Made by a program: the position numbers and the translations under genes. Source: Promethearchaeota archaeon (GTDB lineage Archaea > Asgardarchaeota > Lokiarchaeia > Sigyniarchaeales > SOKP01). From it: DNA of 64,000 nt. Shown here in pieces: positions 9,849 through 19,594 of the stretch. Position 1 is the stretch's first letter; every line of letters begins with the position of its first letter. The stretch covers positions 30,265 to 94,264 of the forward strand of contig JBHLLU010000011.1 in the NCBI GenBank assembly GCA_048938895.1, in the 5' to 3' direction. Under the pieces are notes generated by a model. That model was not told the DNA's origin. It saw nothing but the letters and a program-made list of their open reading frames with translations, and searched no databases.

Positions 9849-9993
9849 TTTTCTTTGTAAAAAATCAGTAGAATACTATTATAAATCATAATAGTATAAC
9901 TTGTTTAAAATTTTTTAGAAAAATAAAAACCTTAAAATTTTTTAGAAAAGATTAAGAAAATTATAATATATGTGAAATGATGGTGATAAATGA

Positions 9994-11964
9994 ATGGAGA
10001 ATTTTTTAAAAAAATTACAGCTTTCTGATAATGCAATAAAAATATATACTGAATCCTTGGGTAAAGATCCACTTACGTTTTATGAATTATACTCAATAGT
10101 TCAAAATATTTCTCAAAACGCTTTTGAAGATGCCCTTACTCAATTAATAAATGGAGGGTTACTTATTCAATTGGTGCCAAAAAAGCAGGAGATTTTATTA
10201 CATTATTTGACTATCCCCCCAATTTTTCCCATAATAAATTATTACGAGAATATAAATGCAAATTTAATGGGTATAAAAGACTCAATTCAGAAGTTGATAA
10301 AACATACCATCAATCAAACGTTTCAGCAAAATGAAACAATTCAATTAGATACTATCATAGAATCATTTCAGGACATCAGAAAAGACATTGAAGAAGATAC
10401 TATTATTCAAAAGCAAGAGGTCGAAGATATTGTAAAAGGAATGGAAGAATTAAAAAGCTTAACTAAGGATATCTCTGAGTTAGACCAACAAATCAAAATC
10501 GTCACCCAAACGAATTTTGCTAATCTCATGAAAAAGATTTCGGGAATTAAGTCAGAAATAACCACTGAGATTAATAACCTTGAATTTAAGAAGCACAAGG
10601 AAGAAATAATATCTATTATAGATAATAATTTCAAAGAAAAATTAGATAGACTAGTTCAGGAATTTTCTACTGATTTACATGAAGTAATAGAAGAAAAATT
10701 TGAATCAACATCTAAGCCAATAGAAGATTTGATTAACGCAACTTTTCAGTATCGTGATGATTTTAAATTAATCCTTCTCAATTTGCTAAGTAATTTTGAA
10801 ACTAAAATGAATAAAATTCAAGAGACACTTAAAGAAAATAAAGATCTCCTTTCTGATGAATTGGGTAAACTTAAAATCAAATTACACGAGGACTTAAATC
10901 TGGTTGTTCAAAATTCAGTCGATCAAGTTTCAGGATTGAATAAACCTGTTGAAAATATTATGAGAGAATATTTTCAGGAAATGAGATCTTCTGATAAAAT
11001 AACAGTATCAGATATTTGGACTATTAATAGTCTTACTAAAATTAATGAAGAAATTCAGAAGTTCATTACCACTTCACAAGAAGAATTAATAATTATTGTA
11101 CCTCAACTTGAGAGTCATTTGGCTGCTGAACAATTTGAGAAAATTCCAAGAAGTTTAAAGGTAAGAGTTGCTTCTTCAGAGCCATATACCAATAGCAGTG
11201 TTAAAAATTTCCAATCTATCACAAATTTAATGTATAAAACTCTTGAAAATGAGAATTTAATCCTTTTAAAAGGGGATAATAATCAAATTGCTTTGGGTCT
11301 TATTCAAGAAAATGCACAAGATCCATTAAATGATTTCATTGGAATTGCTAGTAATTTTCCTCCAATTGTTGAATTGCTAAGTCCAATCATTCAACATTTG
11401 TGGGAAGAAGCCTATTCTGATTCATTTTATGGTTCACAAAAAGTTCAAACACAAGGAGTTAAAAAAATAGAATCAAAAACTTACCAGAAAATAAAGCCAA
11501 TCACATCTACTCAAATCCAATCCGAAAGGATAGAATATAAGCAAAAAGATATTCTGAAAGACCAACCTCAAGAAAGGAAAGAAGAAATTCATCCTAAACC
11601 TCAAAAAATACCTTCTATTTTACCTGATGCTCAAGAACAAGTTGATGCAATAAAACAAAAATTACAGGCAAAGCTAGATTTTGTTTCTTCTTCCAAAAGA
11701 AAAAAGGGAGATGAAGCAGGGCTTTTAATTAACGCTGCTTTTAATAATTTGATTAATAAATTAAATAATATTAAAGGGGAGGAGTTCAGTGTGGAGCTCC
11801 AAAAGATTGCTGATTTAGTTCTTGAAAAAAGGGGTTTTTCAGTTACCTTACATAAATTAAGAAGTTTCATTAATCAGTATAGATTTAGTGATCTACTTTT
11901 AAGTGAAAGTGATAAAAAACAAATCATTGGAAATATTGAAAATTGGAAGGATAAGTTAGTATGA
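9994..11964 (+). CDS. TrmB-like winged-helix protein with very long coiled-coil insert
   Basis: The N-terminus LQLSDNAIKIYTESLGKDPLTFYELYSI resembles the TrmB HTH. It is followed by ~300 aa of heptad-rich, E/K/I/L-rich sequence. A C-terminal globular region (ELIIIVPQLESHL...LKVRVASSEP) is shared with ORF 44737..45537. Confidence 0.5.
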   Translation: MENFLKKLQLSDNAIKIYTESLGKDPLTFYELYSIVQNISQNAFEDALTQLINGGLLIQLVPKKQEILLHYLTIPPIFPIINYYENINANLMGIKDSIQKLIKHTINQTFQQNETIQLDTIIESFQDIRKDIEEDTIIQKQEVEDIVKGMEELKSLTKDISELDQQIKIVTQTNFANLMKKISGIKSEITTEINNLEFKKHKEEIISIIDNNFKEKLDRLVQEFSTDLHEVIEEKFESTSKPIEDLINATFQYRDDFKLILLNLLSNFETKMNKIQETLKENKDLLSDELGKLKIKLHEDLNLVVQNSVDQVSGLNKPVENIMREYFQEMRSSDKITVSDIWTINSLTKINEEIQKFITTSQEELIIIVPQLESHLAAEQFEKIPRSLKVRVASSEPYTNSSVKNFQSITNLMYKTLENENLILLKGDNNQIALGLIQENAQDPLNDFIGIASNFPPIVELLSPIIQHLWEEAYSDSFYGSQKVQTQGVKKIESKTYQKIKPITSTQIQSERIEYKQKDILKDQPQERKEEIHPKPQKIPSILPDAQEQVDAIKQKLQAKLDFVSSSKRKKGDEAGLLINAAFNNLINKLNNIKGEEFSVELQKIADLVLEKRGFSVTLHKLRSFINQYRFSDLLLSESDKKQIIGNIENWKDKLV

Positions 11965-11968
11965 GGTA

Positions 11969-12733
11969 TTATTTTTCTTTTTCCCTTGTACCTACGAAAA
12001 ATCCACGGATTATAAATCCAAGTGAAAAAAGAAACGAAAATAAGAAGAAAACGGAGGAGATCATCGAGATTAGTGAGCTCGGTTCCAAAACTCCAATAAT
12101 TCCAAAAATCGGGCATAATGGTGCAATTATTAGAAAAATAATATAAGTTGTTTTATCTTTTTCTCCGAAACTGATATATACAGTAATATTAAACCAAGCA
12201 ATCAGGATCATAATAAAAGGTATTAAATATGAAGATAATTCTAGAAAAGGATGTGTTATTCCTCCCTTGGCGTAAGCATAAAAATAATTTGCATAAAAAT
12301 ATACAATTATTAGTAGAGCACTAAGAGGTGTTGGAACTCCAGTATATCCTGGAACATCTGATAAATTAAATCTTGCTAATCTTAATATCGCACCCAATGC
12401 AAAACAAACGGAACCAATTATCAAAATAATATCAAATATACTTCCAGTTTTAAAACTCTGGTATGTTAAAACAGCAGGGGCAATACCAAAGGTTAATGAA
12501 TCGCTTAATGAATCCAATTCTTTTCCCATCTCATTCATAGTATTTGTTTTACGAGCAATATATCCATCAATCATGTCGGTTCCTGCTGATATTGATACCA
12601 AAAAAAATCCTAAAGAAAGTGTAGCACGTGCACCGATACACGCACAAACTAGTGCTATCATTCCAAGACAAGTACCAACCAGAGTTATGTAATCTTTTAA
12701 TTTTAAAAGATGTGGAATCTTTATAGTTGACAT
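11969..12733 (-). CDS. CDP-alcohol phosphatidyltransferase (archaetidylserine synthase-like)
   Basis: Polytopic membrane protein with the family motif D-G-x2-A-R-x8-G-x3-D-x3-D, seen as DMIDGYIARKTNTMNEMGKELDSLSD. Confidence 0.8.
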   Translation of the reverse strand: MSTIKIPHLLKLKDYITLVGTCLGMIALVCACIGARATLSLGFFLVSISAGTDMIDGYIARKTNTMNEMGKELDSLSDSLTFGIAPAVLTYQSFKTGSIFDIILIIGSVCFALGAILRLARFNLSDVPGYTGVPTPLSALLIIVYFYANYFYAYAKGGITHPFLELSSYLIPFIMILIAWFNITVYISFGEKDKTTYIIFLIIAPLCPIFGIIGVLEPSSLISMISSVFFLFSFLFSLGFIIRGFFVGTREKEK

Positions 12734-12959
12734 TTCCAGTTTCTATATATAATATTAATAATAATTAAACCTTATTCAATTAAAACGTTATGATAAACGA
12801 GAAAAATCCTCATTAAAGAGCAAATATAAGGAAATTCCTAGAAATTATTATGCTAAATAAAATTATAAATATCGGTCTAATTATAACTTAAATTTAAAAG
12901 AAAATTTTATTATCTAAACCCTAAAAAATAATAAAAAAATTAGAAAGGTAAATAATAGA

Positions 12960-13673
12960 ATGGTTTTTTGCGCAACCTGTGGGGCTGAAATCAAAGATCC
13001 AGAAATGCAGAATTTCTGCGAAAAATGTGGTTCACCTGTTTCAGCTACACTTAGAAAAAAAGAAATAGTCTCAATACCATCTACAGCCGGAGGAATAACA
13101 ACCTTAGGCTTTGAACCTTATGATCGTCCAGGTGGATTGTTTGATATTAACCGGAACTATTATATCCTGAAAGAAAAATATTGGGATTGGGGTTCTGGCG
13201 ACATTTTAGACGAGAATAATAAGATTATAGGTAGAATGAATAGGGTCATCTTTAGCATAAGACGTAGAGTTGAGTTAATCGAATTAGATGGCACTATTGC
13301 TGCTACTATTCACTCCAAGATTGTATCGGCTCGTGGGGCACAAGATCTCAAAGATCCGCATGGTAACATGATTGCACGAATTAAAAAGAAAATAACGTCT
13401 GTTATCCGACCGAAATTTTTCTTAGAAGACATAAATGGAACAAGATATTTTGAAGCTCAAGGGAAATTTATGGGGTGGAGTTACAAGGTGACTGATATGC
13501 AAGGGAACCTAATTGCAGAAATCGAGAAAGCTGACAAATGGAGAGATGTTTTTCTTGGTGGTTTATTGGATTTTAAAGATACATATGCATTGAGAATATT
13601 AGACAATGAAACAGATAGAAGAATCTTATTAGGATTTGTACTATCGATTGATAATGTGCTTCATGATATGTAG
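12960..13673 (+). CDS. N-terminal double zinc ribbon fused to a LURP-one-related/tubby-like (DUF567) domain
   Basis: CATCGAEIKDPEMQNFCEKCGSPV at the N-terminus. The remainder (YYILKEKYWDWG...RRVELIELDG...FFLEDINGTRYFEAQGKF.GWSYKV) has the repetitive beta pattern of the LOR/scramblase-like family. Confidence 0.5.
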   Translation: MVFCATCGAEIKDPEMQNFCEKCGSPVSATLRKKEIVSIPSTAGGITTLGFEPYDRPGGLFDINRNYYILKEKYWDWGSGDILDENNKIIGRMNRVIFSIRRRVELIELDGTIAATIHSKIVSARGAQDLKDPHGNMIARIKKKITSVIRPKFFLEDINGTRYFEAQGKFMGWSYKVTDMQGNLIAEIEKADKWRDVFLGGLLDFKDTYALRILDNETDRRILLGFVLSIDNVLHDM

Positions 13674-13852
13674 TTGTTTAAAGATGGCTTTTTAAACTTC
13701 TCATTTTATTTTTTCGCTAAATTTTTATAAACGTAATTTATATTTTTTTTAAATTAAGTCCATTTGAAAAGAAATTTCAAAAAGGATTATAAAATTTTCT
13801 TAGATGAATTAAACTTTTAGCTAAAAACAAATGATTCTCATATTGAAAGAAA

Positions 13853-14941
13853 ATGACTGAATATGATACTTTCATGGTATATGAACTGGATGATTCTGGG
13901 GAAAAGAATAGAATAAGTATCACTGAAGAGGAATTACATTCAAATTTACATCCAGAGCAAGTTCTAGTTATAGTACGTGAAGATTTAAGGAGAATATTTA
14001 TTTGGAAAGGCCCAAAATCCCCTGTACGAAAAAGATTTATTAGTTCTAGAGTTGCCCAAGAACTCCAGGATGATTTGAGAAAAAGTGCGGCCATGCATCG
14101 ATGCAAAATCGTTTCTGTAGATGCTGGTGATGAACCTTCTGAATTTCTAAATGCATTTCAATTAGACTCTATGGAAGTAACTGAAAGATTAGCCGATATG
14201 AGATATGTACGAAATATTGAGAAAGAGAGGATAAGTGAAGCGGTTATAAAAGATGTTGTTCCAGAAACAAAAGAAGAATATGTTTCTCCTACTTTTCAAG
14301 ATTCCTCTACAAACGTTGTCTCATCTCCACATTCTAAACCTGCCATTACTCCAACAGCAAGCCCTCAAAATCAGTATCCTAAGCATCGGTTACCTACAGG
14401 AGGTTTATCAAAGGATGATTATGAAAAGATTAAAGAGAAAATTTTAAAAACAGAGATTTCAGATAGTTATAAAAGACTTAACTTAATTTCAGGTCATACT
14501 CTATTTGCGGCTGTTTCCAAAGTTGCTAAAGTATTTGGGGAAGAAGTCGAAGAAACTGAATGGGAACCTGTCAAAAAAGTACCTAAAGAAGTGATTGAAT
14601 TAGATAATCATCTCTTAAGAATATATTTTAATAAAGATATAGGTATAGTTGAAGCAGTGGAAATTCTAGAAAAATCTGGTCAGCCAACGAGTATTAAAAA
14701 AAAATTAAGCTCTGAATCGACATTAACACCAATGCCTGCCAAGCCTAATTCAATGGAAATTACAGCAGTAGATTTTAACTCCCTGACAGTAAAAGATCTT
14801 AAAAAGTATGCTGAAGAAAAAAATATAGATTTACCTGCAAATCTACGAAAAGCTGAAATAATAGAAATTTTAGAAAAATCAAAAAAGAATAATCCTGGTG
14901 GTAGACGACAATTACCAAAGATTCCTAGTAAAGATGATTAA
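13853..14941 (+). CDS. Gelsolin-domain protein with C-terminal HeH (SAP/Rho-N-like) motif
   Basis: The N-terminal ~105 aa reads VLVIVREDLRRIFIWKGPKSPVRKRFISSRVAQEL...CKIVSVDAGDEPSEFLNAFQ. This follows the gelsolin-repeat pattern (FILD-x-G-x-I-x-W-x-G...EG-x-EP-x-F). The C-terminal LTVKDLKKYAEEKNIDLPANLRKAEIIEILEK is a helix-extension-helix motif. Confidence 0.65.
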   Translation: MTEYDTFMVYELDDSGEKNRISITEEELHSNLHPEQVLVIVREDLRRIFIWKGPKSPVRKRFISSRVAQELQDDLRKSAAMHRCKIVSVDAGDEPSEFLNAFQLDSMEVTERLADMRYVRNIEKERISEAVIKDVVPETKEEYVSPTFQDSSTNVVSSPHSKPAITPTASPQNQYPKHRLPTGGLSKDDYEKIKEKILKTEISDSYKRLNLISGHTLFAAVSKVAKVFGEEVEETEWEPVKKVPKEVIELDNHLLRIYFNKDIGIVEAVEILEKSGQPTSIKKKLSSESTLTPMPAKPNSMEITAVDFNSLTVKDLKKYAEEKNIDLPANLRKAEIIEILEKSKKNNPGGRRQLPKIPSKDD

Positions 14942-14961
14942 TTTATTTTAGCCAATATTCA

Positions 14962-15561
14962 TTAATCAGAAGGATTAGTATTATTTTCTTCTGAAACCTC
15001 ATCTACTCCTTGATCTTTTTCATCTCCTCTACTTCCAGGCTTTCCTTCATCCATTTTCTGTGGTTTTGTCTTTTTTTTAATCTTTTTTAATCCCTCTATT
15101 GCTTCTTTTCTTACAATTGCACTCTTATCTTTAAGTGCTTTTGCTAATGCTTCTAAACTATATGGATGGTGGAGGTCACCTAATTCATCACACGCTTCTC
15201 TTCTTACATTCTCATCTGGATCATTTAGGAGTACATAGGTTAGGACGCCTAATACTTTTGTATCCCCAAAATCTCCTAAAGTGTCAACTGCTTCTTTTCT
15301 TACTTCACTGTCAGGATCAGTGACTGCTGTGATTGCTAATTGTTTTGAAATCTCGTCAGAATTACCTATAGGTTCAATAGCACTCAGATCTACTCCACAA
15401 TACTTACAGAAATTATGAGTAATTTTAATTGCTTTTCCACACGCAGGACATACTCTTTGTGTGTTAAAATCAATAAAAGATTTATTAGGATATGGAGCCG
15501 AATCTCTTATTTTATAAGGATTTTGTTGAGGATTAAGTTTTAAATTCCTATCTCTTCGCAT
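14962..15561 (-). CDS. Zinc-ribbon + HEAT-repeat (PBS-lyase type) protein
   Basis: CPACGKAIKITHNFCKYCGVDL is followed by three HEAT-like repeats: DPDSEVRKEAVDTLGDFGD, DPDENVRREACDELGDL and DKSAIVRKEAIEGL. Confidence 0.7.
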   Translation of the reverse strand: MRRDRNLKLNPQQNPYKIRDSAPYPNKSFIDFNTQRVCPACGKAIKITHNFCKYCGVDLSAIEPIGNSDEISKQLAITAVTDPDSEVRKEAVDTLGDFGDTKVLGVLTYVLLNDPDENVRREACDELGDLHHPYSLEALAKALKDKSAIVRKEAIEGLKKIKKKTKPQKMDEGKPGSRGDEKDQGVDEVSEENNTNPSD

Positions 15562-15777
15562 TTTAATAAAATTAAATAGTTATTTTTTAGGAATTATAAT
15601 GAAATACATCTTTTTAATTTTAATTTAAATGAAATTTTTAGAGTAATAAGTAAATTAATTTGATTATTTAGTTCTAAAATTTCACTAATTATTATTTAAA
15701 AGAATTAATATAGTAATTTGAAAATCCATATCCAATGTTAAAAAATAGAAAAAAGATTATGATTTTGTTTTTAATAT

Positions 15778-16839
15778 TTAAGCTATTGTTATTTCTTTTG
15801 ATAAATACACATCTTGCACTGCGTTGAGAATTTTAATACCCTCAGGAGTAGGTTTTTTAAAAGCTTTACGACCAAGGATCAATCCCATACCTCCTGAACG
15901 CTTATTTATAACAGCTGCTTTTACTGCATCTTGAAAATCATTCCCTCCAGATTCACCACCAGAATTAATAAGACCCACTCTTCCCATAAAGCAATTAGCA
16001 ACTTGGTAACGATTCCAGTCAATTTCGTTGTCTGGAGCAAGTTTTTCATAAACAATTTTATCAGTTTTACCAAATTGTAGATCCAAAAAACCTCTGTTAC
16101 AAGTAGAAAGTTTTTGTTTTACAATATCAGCTTCAATTGTTACTCCAAGATAATTACCCTGGCTTTCTAAATCATTTGAAGTATGATAATCAACACCATC
16201 TTTAATGAATTCTTCTTTATTCCTTAAGTAGCACCAAAGAATGCAGACTAATCCCAACTCGTGAGCATATCTAAAGGATTCACTAATTTCTTGAATTTGT
16301 CGTCGTGATTCATGAGAACCGAAATAAATTGTGGCTCCTACTGCTGATGCTCCCATGTCCCACGCCTGATCAACACTCGCAAATAAAGTTTGATCAGAAA
16401 TTTCTGGTTTTGTTAGCAATTCATTATGATTGATCTTTACAATAAAGGGAATTTTATGAGCATACCTTCTTGAAACAGAACCAAGTATACCAAGAGTAGA
16501 TGCGACCGCATTACACCCTCCATTGATTGCAAGCTTTATTATATTTTCTGGATCAAAATATGAAGGATTTACAGCGAAACTTGCTGAAGCCGTATGTTCA
16601 ACACCTTGATCAACTGGCAAAATTGAAAGATATCCTGTCCCTGCTAATCTCCCAGTCTGATTAAATAATCGATCCATGTTATTCAAGACGAGATTATTCC
16701 TATCTGAATGTTCTAGGACTCGTTCAATAAAATCTGGACCTGGTTGATGTATGATTTCCTTCGAAATTCCTTTACAAGTATGATTTAAAAGATCTTCTGC
16801 TTCAGAACCCAAAAGGTTCTTAATCTCATTATAATCCAT
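15778..16839 (-). CDS. fbaB: Class I fructose-bisphosphate aldolase, FbaB/DhnA type
   Basis: Long collinear matches to the FbaB family as I recall it: [80 protein letters not shown], and the C-terminal ITIA. Confidence 0.9.
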   Translation of the reverse strand: MDYNEIKNLLGSEAEDLLNHTCKGISKEIIHQPGPDFIERVLEHSDRNNLVLNNMDRLFNQTGRLAGTGYLSILPVDQGVEHTASASFAVNPSYFDPENIIKLAINGGCNAVASTLGILGSVSRRYAHKIPFIVKINHNELLTKPEISDQTLFASVDQAWDMGASAVGATIYFGSHESRRQIQEISESFRYAHELGLVCILWCYLRNKEEFIKDGVDYHTSNDLESQGNYLGVTIEADIVKQKLSTCNRGFLDLQFGKTDKIVYEKLAPDNEIDWNRYQVANCFMGRVGLINSGGESGGNDFQDAVKAAVINKRSGGMGLILGRKAFKKPTPEGIKILNAVQDVYLSKEITIA

Positions 16840-16929
16840 TTTTATCTCATTCCTTTTACTAGAATAATTTTAAAGAAGAATAAGATACCGAAAATAAAAT
16901 AGTTATTGCATTAATTAAATTAAGAATAG

Positions 16930-17214
16930 TTACAAGGAATTATTATCGACGTCAAAAAATTCTTTTAATAAGTCTGATAAAAGATTATAGTTATTTTGAT
17001 TCAAATTTGAATTACTGCTTTCTAGTTTAAGAGAGATTTTTCTTGTTTCTTTTCCAATAGAGTGTAATTTTATGATTAATTTTTTGTTTTGGTTTTTCAG
17101 TTTACACTCCTGGGAAGAATCTTTATTCCATAAAGAGTCAAGCTTATCTGCAAATTTCTCTTTATTTTTGTAAGGTTCAATTTTTGTTCCATTCAATATT
17201 TTCGGTTTTTCCAC
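16930..17214 (-). CDS. Hypothetical small protein
   Basis: A 94-aa K/N-rich ORF in an otherwise unoccupied gap. No motif recognised; it could be spurious in AT-rich DNA. Confidence 0.3.
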   Translation of the reverse strand: MEKPKILNGTKIEPYKNKEKFADKLDSLWNKDSSQECKLKNQNKKLIIKLHSIGKETRKISLKLESSNSNLNQNNYNLLSDLLKEFFDVDNNSL

Positions 17215-17335
17215 ATGTAGACATCTCTCAAAAAATCTGTGTTATTTTCAATATATAAGACTATATAATTCTATGTTTAAAAACACCCTGAATGCATTAA
17301 GAAAAACTTAACTTCCATGGATTTTTTTTTTATTT

Positions 17336-17668
17336 ATGCCTGACGAATTTGATTTTAAGAGCTACAAATCTATGGAAGAGTATAGTAAAACCGTAGAAGG
17401 TACAAAATATTTACATTCTTTATATCTTAAAGCAGTAAATCACCCAATTCGTCGAAAAATTCTCATGTTAGTTAATAAAACTAAAAAGATTTCAAAAGAA
17501 GATCTATTAGAAGCTTTAATAGACTCGGGATTAATAAATGACGAAGCTTCATTGAACTATAATATGGATTATTTAATTAAAGCGTTTTGTGTTAAAAAAG
17601 TAGAAGAGAACAATATTATATTTTTTGAAATCACTCAAAGTGGTCAAGTAGTGGAATACTTAGAATAA
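17336..17668 (+). CDS. ArsR-like winged-helix protein
   Basis: LKAVNHPIRRKILMLVNKTKKISKEDLLEAL resembles the ArsR/SmtB-type HTH core. Confidence 0.5.
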   Translation: MPDEFDFKSYKSMEEYSKTVEGTKYLHSLYLKAVNHPIRRKILMLVNKTKKISKEDLLEALIDSGLINDEASLNYNMDYLIKAFCVKKVEENNIIFFEITQSGQVVEYLE

Positions 17669-17681
17669 AACTTCTTTTTTA

Positions 17682-18128
17682 TTATTTTTCAACTAATCTT
17701 TTGTAGCAATCACAACATGGTATACCAAAATTAACATTAAAGTTCTTTAGTTTTTTATTCTTTAGATTCATGAAATTAATCAGGGTTTCAATTAGATTCT
17801 TCTTATTATCATCAAAAAAAAGTTGTTTCAAGTTAAAATAATGATTAAATCCCTTACAAACGGGACAAATAGAATAGAAATTAATGAATTTCTTAAATTT
17901 TTGTCTCTCTTCTGAGTTTAAAGCTTCTAATTTGAAATCAGGATTATTTTCAAATATAGATTTTAAATTTTCTAATTCATTAATCATTGCATCTCTTAGA
18001 AAATTCGAACTATAATTTCCCTGAGTAGTTGATTCAGTTGAAATTATATCTTGAGTTGTAAATCTATCAAAATATTCTATAGCTTCATTAAAAAATAATA
18101 AATTCTTATTTTGATTCTTCTCGTTCAT
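17682..18128 (-). CDS. Hypothetical protein with CPVC...CCDC metal-binding pairs
   Basis: 148-aa ORF. The Cys pairs CPVCKG and PCCDC suggest a zinc site. No family recognised. Confidence 0.4.
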   Translation of the reverse strand: MNEKNQNKNLLFFNEAIEYFDRFTTQDIISTESTTQGNYSSNFLRDAMINELENLKSIFENNPDFKLEALNSEERQKFKKFINFYSICPVCKGFNHYFNLKQLFFDDNKKNLIETLINFMNLKNKKLKNFNVNFGIPCCDCYKRLVEK

Positions 18129-18179
18129 ATACTTAACTACTACAATTATATTATTTTAAATGTTTTTTTAAAAGAATAT

Positions 18180-19466
18180 TTATAGAAATTTGAAGAATTT
18201 TTCATTTTTATTAAAGATGTCATCTTCATTTTTATCTGTTAACCTTCTAAAGTCAATAATTTTTGAGGGTGCAAAATATTCAAAGTCAAATTCAACCTCA
18301 TCCCCAACATTTCTTCCAGGTATTGGCATTAAACGAGCAGTTAATGGTTTGTTTAATCTTAATGATATTGTACACAAATCTAATAATATATAAAATAATT
18401 CTTTCTCAGTTATATCTCCAGGTAGTGGAACAACATCTAATCCAGCACCACACATTGTCGCATATAATAATAGGGAATCCAAGTTAAATTTATTTTCCGA
18501 TAGTCTTTTGGATAATATGTAATCTTCTAGAACGGGTTGGAAAAAGCCTGAAAATCCAATCACTTTTTCTTTATCCATTGGTATTGAATTTTTTATGAGA
18601 GCAACCCCTGTAAGTGTTCCAATAGCCCCAAAATATTCAATGCCTAGTTTTTCTATCGCCTTTCCTATACTCTTGTTTTCTTCAGGGAAAGGTGCGGGAG
18701 AAAAGTCTAGTCCCTTAAACTCAACATCAAAGATTCTACCAAATTTCTCACAAATTTGAGTAATATCAACATATATTTGATTAAACCTTGATAATAAATT
18801 AAATTGGGTTTCTTTTATACTATTGGACTGTTCTATTACCTCAATTACCTCATCTGCCATTTCTAAAGCAATAGAAAATGCAGGTTTATCAGAAAAATGG
18901 TATGCTGCTGGAAAAAATGGAAAATTTGGGCCTACATTAGCAGAAACACAAAAATTTAGATTTTTGAATGGATCAGGCTCTGAAAGTTGTTTTATTATTT
19001 TTGCACCAGATTTTAAAGCTGAAATATTTAATCCATCTCGAGTACTAGCCACGGGTAAAGAAGTAAAGAAACCATCTGTACTTTTAACAAAATTTGGCAC
19101 TTCATTTAATAATAGTCTTTCAAAGATTCCTAGCTCTGGGAATTGATGAGTAAGCATCATACAACATGCAAAATAGTCAAATCCATAATCATTAAACATA
19201 TCTTGTAAAAACTTTAATTGGTTTTTTATGTCAACTAAAGTTTCTTTTAAATTCTTTTCATAAAACAATTTATTATCATAACTAAAAAGAGGTTGAGAGC
19301 AAAACCGCTTGGTTTGAACTTCTATTCCTATATTTTCAAATGCACTTATTAATTCATTATTTAAATCAGAAAAAATTTTAAGATTATCTTGCATAAAAGA
19401 TAAAATAGTTTCACTTGCATAAAGATAAGGAATTATATTCCCATTAGTTATTGCTCTTATTCGCAT
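18180..19466 (-). CDS. DUF711 / UPF0210 family protein
   Basis: C-terminal pattern LDFSPAPFPEE...GFSGFFQPVLED...CGAGLDVVPLPGD...ARLMPIPGRNVGDEVEF matches the conserved UPF0210 blocks. N-terminal MRIRAIT. Confidence 0.7.
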   Translation of the reverse strand: MRIRAITNGNIIPYLYASETILSFMQDNLKIFSDLNNELISAFENIGIEVQTKRFCSQPLFSYDNKLFYEKNLKETLVDIKNQLKFLQDMFNDYGFDYFACCMMLTHQFPELGIFERLLLNEVPNFVKSTDGFFTSLPVASTRDGLNISALKSGAKIIKQLSEPDPFKNLNFCVSANVGPNFPFFPAAYHFSDKPAFSIALEMADEVIEVIEQSNSIKETQFNLLSRFNQIYVDITQICEKFGRIFDVEFKGLDFSPAPFPEENKSIGKAIEKLGIEYFGAIGTLTGVALIKNSIPMDKEKVIGFSGFFQPVLEDYILSKRLSENKFNLDSLLLYATMCGAGLDVVPLPGDITEKELFYILLDLCTISLRLNKPLTARLMPIPGRNVGDEVEFDFEYFAPSKIIDFRRLTDKNEDDIFNKNEKFFKFL

Positions 19467-19594
19467 TTTTAGTTATTTATAAAAATATATTCTTTAATAA
19501 GAATTATAAGAGAAATAGTAATAAAAAATTAATATTTCTAACTAAAGAAATTTTAATTAATTTCACTTATTATTTAATCAAATTATTGCTGTGG

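Noticed and set aside
13777-14106. 109-aa minus-strand ORF overlapping the 5' end of the gelsolin-domain gene
   Set aside because: The plus-strand frame gives a recognisable gelsolin repeat across the same nucleotides. The minus-frame product is S/F/L-rich with no motif.
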